NCBI GenBank assembly: GCA_965112735.1
Contig: OZ218953.1
Coordinates: 5,084,001-5,148,000, forward strand
Length of the DNA stretch: 64,000 nucleotides
Direction of reading: 5' to 3'
Source: Phaeosaccion multiseriatum
Lineage: Eukaryota > Protista > Ochrophyta, other classes
Position 1 is the first letter of the stretch, and each line of letters opens with the position of its first letter. This document shows, piece after piece, positions 35,351-46,300 of this stretch. A model generated the notes under the pieces. That model searched no databases and had not been told where the DNA came from. It saw nothing but the letters and a program-made list of their open reading frames with translations. The position numbers were made by a program, and so were the translations under genes.

Positions 35351-37377
35351 GTTGACCTCCCTTTGCGTGTTGAGGCACGGTCAGCAGAGTAATGAGTCGT
35401 CGCCAGCCAGCTAGTCACAATGACTTACTGTATTCTTTAGATGGCCCACTACACCGCTGAGTCATGACAATCACTCACTACATCACCCTTGACTGTTCCC
35501 ATTGCTCGCAATAGGTACGCACACTGGGAGGCAGGCTTACCTTCCTGCTGAACAAGATGCAGAGCGACGAGGAAGCAAAGGTGGTGCTCAGAGAGGAGGC
35601 GAAGAAGATGGAGGCACAAGTCCGGAGCCTCGCGGCGAGGGCGGAGGAGCTGCAGCAAAAGCTGGAGGAGTCCGGGGAGGGCAACCGCATCATCACACAG
35701 GCCATGCGTCTCAAACAGGAGGAGCTGGAGGAGCTGACTATCCGACACGAGGCCATCGGAAGGCAGCTCAAGAAGGCCGAGAACGAGAGCGCCAGCGGTG
35801 GGGCCCTGCTTACGACTGGGACGATGGCGATGACGGAGCAACGGCCCGAGGTGGATGGAGACGACAACAATAACGAAAAGGATGGGGCGGGGGGGGGTGG
35901 GGGAGGACCTCTGCACGACCCCGCCGCCGTTAAGGCGAGTGGGGGTCGAGGTATCTTCTACGTGGAGTCCAAGCCCTCTCAGGGGCTGCTGCTGGTGCGC
36001 GGGAAGCGCAGCGGGCACCGGGAGTGGTTGGACCAGCAGCAGGACCTCAACGGATTCCTGAAACGCGCCCAGCGATCTACTCGCCTCAAGGAGATGCTGA
36101 TTGAGCGACTGTGTCAAGTGTATGCCCTGCTCTTGGTCACGGAAGAGGCCACAGCCGACCGAGAGAAGCAGCTCGGGGAGAAGAAGAAGCAATTCGAGGT
36201 GTACTCGCGCAAGAACGCGTACCTGCAAGAGAGGGTGGCGACGGAGGAAGACGCCAAGAGAAGAACGCTCATTCGCTATGTGCATGCAGTCAAGGCCGCC
36301 GCGAGTGTCGGAGTGAGCCCGGACGCAGCCAAGACGATGGCCGCGGCCGTGGGTCAGCCCGGTGCGGGAGTGCTTCAGCTGCCGGAGAGTGGCATTACGG
36401 ACGAAGAAGTGCATGCCATCGCAGCCCTTTTGAGGGGCAACACCACCATCTCGGAGCTTAATCTACGAGGCAACGAGGTGACGGATGAAGGCGCTCGGGC
36501 TCTGGCTGCGGTAGTGGGGGGGAGGTCGGCGTTGCGATCCATCGACCTTCGCGAGAACCGCATTAGCAAGCAGGGAGTGAGAGACCTGGCCGAAGCGTTG
36601 GAGAGGAGCGAGCGCGTAAGGCATGTCTACGTGCACGCAGGAGGGAAGATCGAGGCCCTTGGAACGGGCGTGTGGGCGGCTCCTAGAGGAGGGGGAGGAG
36701 GAGGAGGAGGAGGGGGAGGGGGAGGGGGAGGGGGGGGAGAAGGAGGCACGGCATCTGTACCGATGGTAACGGTCGAGACTGTATGTGTGATTGACGTGAG
36801 AGAGAACCTTCCACCCAAGCAGCACAGCGTAACGGCCATTGCTCGGGTGATGGAAGACGACACCCTCGACCTTCCGGAGGGACTACACGGGGGGGCAACG
36901 GCACCCACCTTCGCCAACACAATGATGGGCAAGGGAGGAGGAGGGTCGGGCGGGGCAGCGACGGGTGGAAGGAGGGGGAAGGGAAATGTTGAAAAGATGA
37001 ATAGGGAGGAGAGGGCGCGAAGGAAGGCAGATAAACGCGCCAAGAGTCTGGCCCATGCCAAGCACCGAGAGATGGAGTCCAACTGGAATGGGCGCTCAGG
37101 AGGGCTGGAGGTGAGGGCACCAGGGGGCAGTGGGCAGGGGGGGCAAAGCAGCAGCAGCGGCGGCGGTGGTGGTGGTAACAACAGCGGAAGTCTCCCTCCT
37201 GTGAACGACCACCCGACTCTGGATGTGGATGACCAACACCTGAACGACCTCGATGGAGAGCATAGAGCCCACTCACTGAGGAACAGCCCGTTTGCAGGGC
37301 ACTCATCCAGCAAGCAGAACACTGGCAGCAGCTCAGTCAAGCTCAGCCGGGGAGGGACGCGAAGGGGGGGTGGGTGA
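33596..37377 (+). CDS. Long coiled-coil protein with C-terminal RI-like leucine-rich repeats, about 1,096 aa, function unknown
   Basis: Exons 33596-34918, 35087-35191, 35515-37377. About 600 aa of E/K/Q/R/L heptads, then LRRs LQLPESGITDEEVHAIAALLRGNTTISELNLRGNEVTDEGARALA...LRSIDLRENRISKQGVRDLAEAL. Confidence 0.85.
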
Positions 37378-37584
37378 CGATGGTAGCGCGCTAGTAGCAG
37401 GCTAGTAGCAGGGGAGCATCGCCACGGCAGCACCACCTTTGGACTAAACTTTGGTTGACATACAAACATAGTTTATACTTTCACACACTCGTTCTTCTCT
37501 CTGTGTCTTCTCTGCTTATAATTATTACATAATGTTATGTACAAGCGCGCACGACACGACGCAGCACGACGGACGAGTACAAAG

Positions 37585-38185
37585 GTCAGCGCCCCACCCT
37601 CGCCACCAGTCTGGCCTACACATCCCCACATACGTGTATATTCCCTCACTCAACATGCACACCGACTGCCCCCCCCAGGGTAGCTGGCTGAAAGTAGGGA
37701 AACGACTCCTTTAGTCCAGCCCGATTGAAAAGGGTAACGCCCTGGAGGGCAAGCCTCTATCGCGCTTGAGGGAGAGTCTCGTGGCGAGGTGTAGGACCTG
37801 CACGCTATCGCTGGCTGCGTCTCAGATGGTGGCCTGATGGTGGTGGTATTTCGTCATCGCCAAAGCTTGGTGCTATCCTCTGTCTGCCAGCCCCCATCTC
37901 CCTCCTTCCCTCCTGGCCTTCGAAGCTAATTCACAGGCCCGGCCCTGCTTCTCACGGACAGCTCCGCCCTCGCCGCCTGCACCTCCTGGTGATACCTTCC
38001 ATCCACATCCACACCAACCACCCTCCCATGAGTGTCGCCATTTTTCCAACCTGGCTCAAGGTGGATGAGAAATGAGTAGCTCAGTCCAGCCCGATTGAAA
38101 AGAGGGTTCGGCGGTTGGGGGAGGGTGTCGCGGCGAGGCTTCGTAGACGCTTCTCTCGTACATGCCACCGCCAGATGTTGGCGCA
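37585..38185. repeat. Diverged tandem duplication (about 370-bp period) between the convergent LRR and ccdA genes
   Basis: Identical 20-mer AGTCCAGCCCGATTGAAAAG at 37713-37732 and 38083-38102, with further collinear shared blocks on either side. Confidence 0.7.
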
Positions 38186-38255
38186 ATGAGGTCGCCGTGA
38201 AAACGCCGCACCTATCCCCCGTCAGCCCCTCCTCCCCTTTGAAGCTCCAGCTCAC

Positions 38256-39395
38256 TCACAGACCTGTCGCTGCTTGACCGAACAGAGCTGACAGACCCGT
38301 CCAAGTCCCGTATGATATAAGGACAGCTCCGCTCGCGGAAGGTACCCACGTGAGGCCGCTCGAGCTCATGATGCGCGAGAGGGTGCCTGATGCCGTGCCT
38401 GCTATCACCAGGGTCGTTGTGTATCCCAACGAGTAGAACAGGAGGAGCCCCAGTCCGAGCACCGGGTCCTGGGAAGTCGCCACAAAGCCCAGTATGCTGG
38501 CCAGCACAGGGGTGCAGCAGGGAGAAGCAATGAACGCGGAGCTCGCGCCGAGGGCATATGTCCGAGCCGACCTGGGCACCTTGCGCAGAAAGCCAACCGA
38601 CCCGTCGTTGCTTCCGAGGGATGGCAGGGATATGTTGATGACGTTCAACAGGTTCAGACCCATCGCCACTGCAATCCCAGCCGAAAGGGTGGGAAGCACG
38701 GCCTCTCCGACCTCACCCCCTACGCTCATCACCGTGCTGAATCCCACGGCTTTGCCCGAGAGCGCCGCCGACACCCCAAAGATGGACAGCATGGTGGCCA
38801 GGCCAGCGGCGAAGGCAGCTGAAGGGAGGAAGCCCGTCTGCGCCAGGCCGAAACTATTGAAGCCATCGTCGTCGTCATCATCGCCCCAGTCCAGTAGGCT
38901 GCTACTCTCCCCTGCCGCCTCGTCACCCTCGGCTACTACTGACCCCCCCCCATCTGCGGCCAGCTTGGCCTCCCGCTCCTCCTTTGCCTCCCTCTCCACC
39001 TCCTCTTGCGTCCCGGCGATATACCCCATCGTCAGCGGCAAGAGACCGAGCGCACACGGCGAGAAGGACATGGTGACCCCGGTGGCGTACATGACCGCCA
39101 AAGAGAGCGGCGAGATGTGAGTCAGCTCGGACGCCGCCAGCTGCCCTGCCTGCTGCTGCAGCTGAAAGACATCCACGCTGTCGAACATGGAGAGCGCCGA
39201 CAAAGAAGCCGCCCCCCCCCGGACGCTGCCGCCACTGCTCTGTCTGGCCCTAATCCCTCTGCTCTCGCTGCTACTCTGCTGGGCACTTCGTTTGACGACA
39301 CTTGAGGCGGCGAAAGCGGCGGGAGAGGCCACAAAGGCTTGGGCCCGCCCCGACAGGTGGGCTAGTCCCACACCCGCGAGAGCGCTCCACCGCAT
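38256..39395 (-). CDS. ccdA: Cytochrome c biogenesis protein CcdA (DsbD beta-domain family), plastid-targeted, intronless
   Basis: Conserved SFSPCALGLLPLTMGYI and ASPCCTPVLASILGFVA motifs, about six hydrophobic helices, leader MRWSALAGVGLAHLSGRAQA|FVASP. An alternative upstream ATG lies at 39443. Confidence 0.93.
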   Translation of the reverse strand: MRWSALAGVGLAHLSGRAQAFVASPAAFAASSVVKRSAQQSSSESRGIRARQSSGGSVRGGAASLSALSMFDSVDVFQLQQQAGQLAASELTHISPLSLAVMYATGVTMSFSPCALGLLPLTMGYIAGTQEEVEREAKEEREAKLAADGGGSVVAEGDEAAGESSSLLDWGDDDDDDGFNSFGLAQTGFLPSAAFAAGLATMLSIFGVSAALSGKAVGFSTVMSVGGEVGEAVLPTLSAGIAVAMGLNLLNVINISLPSLGSNDGSVGFLRKVPRSARTYALGASSAFIASPCCTPVLASILGFVATSQDPVLGLGLLLFYSLGYTTTLVIAGTASGTLSRIMSSSGLTWVPSASGAVLISYGTWTGLSALFGQAATGL

Positions 39396-40356
39396 TGTAT
39401 TACGTCTCCTCCTCCCCCACAGTTCCTCTCTCCTCCGCCGCATGGCCGCCCTCCTTTTTTTTTTTGATTATCGGTCCCATCCCTCATTTGCAGGTGTATG
39501 GGAGTATCATTGAAACTGACACACAAACTAAAGCCGTTGGCGCCGCAGTTTCAGTGCTTTGGACGCGGTTTTACCATCGATCTTGCCTCCGCTATAGACG
39601 GGCAAGGGGAAACAACAGCAACATCAGAGAGGACCACAAGGAGGAGGATTGCAAACTTTTATCACTCACCCTCCGGGATAAGCAGGAGGAAGGACAGGAG
39701 TACTCTTGAGCTGCTCTTTTCCACCTATCGTCTCGATTTTTGGCGTCAAGCTGGGGAGGCAACTGGTGGGCTCTACCACATTAGCCGCCGCGGGCGGCTT
39801 CAGGAGAAGGCTACGACCGGAAGGGCACTAAATCACTAGTGTGCTTTGAGGAGAGGTGAGCAGCGTCGTACTTTGTGGGAGGGCATTGCATTTGGGTGCT
39901 GATTCTGCGGCTGCTGCTGGTGCTGGTGCTGGTGCTGGTGCTGGGTGCTGCTGCGGCATTGTGCTGTTACTGCTCTTGTTTTGCCAAACCGCCGGTACTC
40001 CTATTACAGCTGACCCTTGAATACACTTAGCTGCGAGGCTGACCAGCAACGCTATTGCATTCTATAATGGTGTGTTGGGGTGGGCGGTGAGGGCATCGTG
40101 TAACGGAATGGTGTGTGAGCCTTGGGATGACTGCTTCTGCTGGTACCACTGCGGAACGCTAAAGAGTAACTTGGGCTCGATGATACGCATCCATCAGTTG
40201 TAAAGGCAGCAGCGACTTACTTGCCTACTCCTCTCTCTTCCTCCTCGTCCTCCTCCTCCTCCTCCTCCTCATCCTCCCCCCACGACATCCACCCTTCCTC
40301 CCCTCCCCTTCCCTCAGGCCCAAGGGTCGCCCTTGGTGCACTCCGGTGGCAAGGCC

Positions 40357-43300
40357 ATGGGCCATCATCCACAACGGTGGCGCTCCATCATGGCGCTGCC
40401 CGGTTTAGTTTTGTTAGTGCTCGTGGCGCTTGCTGCTTTTCAAATACAAGTAGCCCGAGCAGCAGCTGTCAGCGTACCTGGCTCGCCGTCAGCGGTGCGG
40501 CTGAACGTACTCAGCGGCGACTCAATAGAAGTTAGCTTCGACGCTCCCCTTTCGGACGGGGGCGCGGTGGTGCAAAGCTACGAGGTGGAGTGGGACACCG
40601 ACCCAGGCACACGAGAGGTGCAGTGGGTGCGGAGTTACGCAGATACAGGACCCAACGAGATTCAGACCATTACGACCACTGCAGACGATGTAGACGAGGT
40701 CCAGATGGTAGTCACGGCGGCCAATCAGACGCTAGAAGTACAACAGATTGTGGTTTCGGACGCCACATCTGGAAGCTTCATGCTGAGTTTGGACCTGACA
40801 TCACGGGGGGGCAGCGTGCAAACCTCAGGAGAGATTGCCTACAATGCTAACAGCACCACCGACAGCGGGTACCTGAGTGTGGGTGCGGTGCTGGAGGCGA
40901 TGCAAAATTTGGGGGAGGGTTCCATTCATGACGTGAGCAGTGTCTACACCATTGACGCAGGCAATGTGTACACCTACACGTGGAATGTGACCTTCGCCGG
41001 CAGCCTTGGTAACATTCCCCAAATGACGCTCGGGGGCGCGAGCCTCAGCCCGGCGGGGGCAGATGTGAATATCACCACCATCCAGGACGGCAACGTACTG
41101 GGGGGTAGCTTTCGTTTGGGGTATGGGGGCTTTACCACAGCCAGCATTGACCACGACGCCAGCGGGGCCGAGTTTGCCGCGGCGCTGGAGGACCTGGCCA
41201 GTATTGACAGCGTGGTTGTGGAACGGTTAGGCCCCGACGACCAGGGAGGTTACAATTGGACAGTAGCCTTTACGAGCGACAATCAGGACGGCAATCTCGA
41301 CCTCATGACTGTGGAAGACCTGGCGCTGCTCACCGGAGACGGGGCATCAGTCGAGGTCGAGGCAGTCACGGACGGCTCGGAGCTGAGCGGCTCGTTCAAC
41401 GTCACCTGGGACGGAGCCGACGACGCCAACACCACCACCCTTGCCTTCAACGCCACGGCAGAGGATGTCAGAACCGCCCTCGAGGGAGACCTCGGGACGG
41501 GGGCCCTTGCAGTCTATCGCACGGGGCCGGATAACCAACTCGGCTACGTGTGGGAGGTGCACTTCACAGAGATGGAGGGGGACGTGCCTGACCTTGTGGC
41601 GAGTGCGTTCAACTCATCGTTGGAGGGGGGGGGCGCCACACTCACGGTGGAGGAGACGAGACAAGGCACCTGGCAGGAGATACAGACCATTGCAGCCACT
41701 GCAGCGTCCGGAGCAGCGAACGGCGTGTCCAACGATACGATGTTTGTGCTTGCCTACAATGGGTACGAGACGGGACCCATTCTCGCCGTGGTGAACAACA
41801 GCTGCGACCCCGCCCAGCCGGAGGTGCAGGTGGTCTACACAACCACAACGGACACGCAGAGCAGCGGCGGGGACAGCCACGTGAGCTACGGGCTCACCTT
41901 CCGTCTCGTCTACTACGACGCGGCTGGAGAGGCGTACGCTACGAGTGACATCGACGCCAACCCCGACTTTGGTGACTGCAGCGCACCCGCAGCTGTCATT
42001 CAGAGCGAGTTGGAGGATCTGTTGGACTCTTCCGTTACCGTGTCGTACTCCGAGGCAGCAGATGACGACGGCTGCACTTGGGCCATTACCTTTTCGGACA
42101 CGCCGGGCAATGTGGAGGGCATGAAGGTGGAGTCGGGGACGAGCTACGGCCCCGACGACGAGGTGTATGTGGGGGATGATACCGTAGGGGTGTACACCCA
42201 AGTCAATGGCACGATTGACGCCATCAAGTACGAGCTGGAGCTGCTCACAGGGGTGGGAGAGGTGACGGTTACAGCGAGGAACGAGACCAGCAGCACAGGG
42301 GAGTGCATTTGGGACGTGGAGTTTGAAGACAACACTGGCAGTGCAGCCGATGGAGGGGAGCTTCTCCTTCTCACAGTGACTTACTATGAGAGCACCAACG
42401 GCACATATAGCAATGAGACCTTCACGGGCGACACCATCTCTGTAGCACGGAATCGCAGCGGCACCAGCGAGGAGCTGGGTGGGGACTTTGTCTTGGCCTA
42501 CATGGGGGAGAGGACCCAGTACCTTCCTAGCGACGCCTCGGCCAGGGACGTGAAACTCGCACTGGAGGCCTTGGACAGCATCGTCAGCGTGGACGTGGAA
42601 CGATACGACGGTGACGCCCTCGTCAACGGAGGCTACACCTGGGCCGTCAGCTTCCTCACCAGCCTTGGAGACTTGGTTGCTCTGACCACCGACGTTGGTG
42701 CTGTGACGGGCACTGCCCCCACCATGACTGTCGGAGAGATCACAACGGGCGTGGCCCCTCCCTTCAACAGCCTAGACTCCGTCAATGGTCTCTCTCTCGG
42801 CTCCACCACCATCACCGACCTGAGCGACCTCTCCCTCACCATCACCGATCTGGAGGAGGGCATTGCGTACTATGTGCGAGTGACGGCTGCCAACACCCTC
42901 GGTTACGGCGCTGCGGAGATGGCTTCTTCCCCGTTCGCCATCCCCGAGCCCCAGCCCAGCGACGCCCCTCTCAACGTGACCATTGAGGCCATCGACGGCT
43001 CCACCCTTCGCGTGGGCTTCTCCACACCAGCGTCTACGGGAGGGGAGGAAGTGGACAAGTATCGAGTGGAGTACTCCACCGAGCCTTTTGAGGATGAGGT
43101 ACAGTCCGTTCGCATCAGCTGCGGCGTGCAAGAGGAGGTGCAGGTGGTGACTTCTTCGGCAGAGGCAGTGGTGGAGGTACAACTTGTGCACGCGAAACTG
43201 GACGACACCTTTAGTGACTTATACAGCGGAGCCATGGTGTACGAGGTTCAGAACGTTACGTGTGACGCCAGCGGGGGCTCCTTCGCCCTCACTTTTGACG

Positions 43301-46300
43301 GACACACCACCGACTCCATCGCCTACGACGCCTCAGAAATCGAGGTGGCAGCGGCGCTGGAGGAGCTCTCCAACATCAACAGCGTCAATGTGACCTTCGC
43401 CGCCGGAGTCAGCACCGCCTGCAACGAGTACCCTTCGCTGGAGGCCTTTGCCGTTACTTTTGTTGACATGGAAGACTTTAGCGGAGACGTGCCCTTGATG
43501 ACGAGTGTGGTGGACGATCTGACGGGCAATCGACGGGTGACTGTGGTGGAGCTCGAGCAAGGAGTGGCCACCATGTCGGGCACCTTCAAGTTGACGTTCA
43601 AGGGACACACCACCACCGAGCTGGCCTACAATGCCGGTGTGGAGGACGTGCAGTCCGCGCTGGAGTATCTGGACCCGATCGGCGAGGGGGGGGTGAATGT
43701 GAGCAGCGGAAACCTGACCAGCGCCTACGAAACCATGTGGAGGGTAAGCTTCAGCGGTGGCACGGTGGAGGGAGACGTGGAGGCCCTGCAAGTGTACAGT
43801 TACAACGACAAGCTGATGGGCAACGGAGCCTCCCTCCAAGTATACACCGACGGAGAGGAGAGCAACTTCGAGCGAAGGGGGGCAGAGCCTTCCATCCAAG
43901 GCAACGTGCTATCGGGCACGTTTGCGCTGACGCTTCGCGGACACACCACCGACAGCATTGAGTTTAATGCTGCGGAAACCACCATGAAGGCCCGTTTGGA
44001 GGAGCTGGACAATGTGGGGACGGTGGAGGTGGACCGATCGGGGCCAGACGGACAGATGGGCTATGCTTGGACCATCACCTTCCTCGACAACCCGGGCTAC
44101 TTTCCGATGGGTAGTGGCAATGTGGCTGCACTCGAGGTGGACTCCAGTGGCCTCATGGGCACTTCACCGCTGGTCAATGTCACCGACCTGACCGAGGGCA
44201 GCGAGCCCCTTGACGGAACCTTCTCCCTCTCTCTCATGGGCAGCAACAATGTTACCTATACGACGGAGGAGCTGTACTACAACGCGCTTCCGTCCGAGCT
44301 GGAGGCGTCTCTGGAAGCGCTTGCAGGGGTGGGGAATGTGGCCGTGGAGAGGGTGGAGAACACCAACGGCTACTCGTGGGCCGTCACCTTCCTCTCCTGC
44401 CGTGCCAACGCAACCACCGGTGTCGACATTTGCAACGATGGAGACGTGGAGCTGCTCGCCTTTTACACCAATGCCACGTCTCTCACGGGCTGCTCCGACA
44501 ACGTCACTACCTCCGTCACCACTGTGGTGCAAGGAAGCGCAGGAGACAGCAGCAGCAGCGTGGAGCTCAGCGACTTGACGGCAGGCAGTCCGTACAGCGT
44601 AGACTTGGAGGACCTGACTGCAGGCACCGCTGTCTACGCTCGTGTGGCCGCCCACACGGTCATGTCGTACGGTCTCAAGAGCCTGACTACGCCGGAGTAC
44701 GCCACCCCCAGTAACGTGCAACCCGGAGCCTTGGAGCCGGTGCGTCTCGTCAGCAGCACCGACACGAGTATCAGCCTCGAGTGGAGGCCCCCCACGGTGG
44801 ACGGGGGCGAGGCGGTGGGCGGTTACGAACTGTGGATGGGCGAATGGGCAACGTCCAATTTCCGCTTGGTGTATGACGGTCTGGACGCGCCGGATGTAAC
44901 CTCCTTCACCGTCAGCACGACCAACTTTCCCGAGCTGGAGAGTGGCAGGACGTATCGGTTCCAGGCGAGGGCCGTCAACTACTGCAGCGCCATCGACACT
45001 GACGAGGCATGCTATGGCGAGTTTAGCGAGGCGGTGGCCTACACTGTGCGGGCGGCAAGAGCTCCCCAAGCCCCTCTGCAGGCGCACCGAGACGCAAATT
45101 CGAATGCCTCTGCCATTTCAATTTACTGGGACGCCCCCATGGACAATGGCGGTAGCGCTGTGACTTCCTACAAGGTTTACACAGAGGACCAGGCCGGCAA
45201 CACGACCACGCACACCGTCGCCGTCGATTCATCCGCCTCGGACGCTATGTGGGAGCCGCTGGGGCTAACGGTGGACGTGAACGAGGGGGAGCTGTACACC
45301 TTCTCCATTCAGGCCGTCAACAGCCTGGGCACCTCCGGAGTCGGTCCTTCTCTCACCGTGGTGGCCGCTCTCCTCCCAGGTATGGACGCCAGCACCAATC
45401 AGACGTACGCGCTTACCAAGCCGCAAGTGGAAGACGTTAGTGCTACGACCATTTCTGTGAGCTGGAGCGACCCGGCTGACACGGGAGGGAGTCCCATCAC
45501 CGGCTACGTGTTGTACATGTTCGAAGGCGTGGCACTCAACTCGCAAGCGGACGAGGAACCCGTCAAGAAGGAGGTGCAGGTGGTCACCACGGAGGTATCT
45601 GACCCCGCCCGGGAAGTACAGGAGTTGGTGGTACGCAACGTCACAGGCGGCACCTTCACTCTGCGTGTGCAGGCCGATGGACTGGGCGGGGAGGTGGACG
45701 GCACCACTGCAGAGATTGATTTCGATGCTTCTGAGGCCAGCGTGGAGGCACTCATCGCTGCCATTGACTCCGATTTGGGCTCTGTCGATGTGTCTCGCTC
45801 CATCAGTGTGAGTGGCACCACCTACACGTGGAGCATCACATTCTCGGACTATGAGGGAGACGTGGAGCTGTTGGTGATAGACACGGCCGAGCTCGACGCC
45901 TCCTCTGGCGCTGTGATTGACTACGACGTTAGCACGGTCACAGATGGCACGGAGCGACTGCAGGGCACCTTCACACTGGCTCTGGACGGTTACGAGACTT
46001 ACCCCCTGGGGTACTCGGTTTCCGAGGCTGGCATGAAGCAGGCCCTGGAGAATCTCGACTCTGTGGGCGTGGTGACGGTGAGCCGGAACGAGTCGACCTC
46101 GGGAGGTGACTACGGAGCCTATGCATGGACCATCACTTTCGATAGCGACGTTGGTGACATGGCCATGCTGGAGGCCACCGCGGGGAGACTCACAGGAGGC
46201 GACGCAGACATCAGCGTGAGCGAGTACCAAGCGGGCTCTGCAGCGACCGTGGTGTATGACGGGGAGGGGCAGCCTTCCGTCAAGAGCTGGGCCGTTACGG

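Noticed and set aside
37926-38255. 109-aa minus-strand ORF directly after the ccdA stop
   Set aside because: Non-ATG start, no motif, and the duplicate copy of this region does not preserve the frame.
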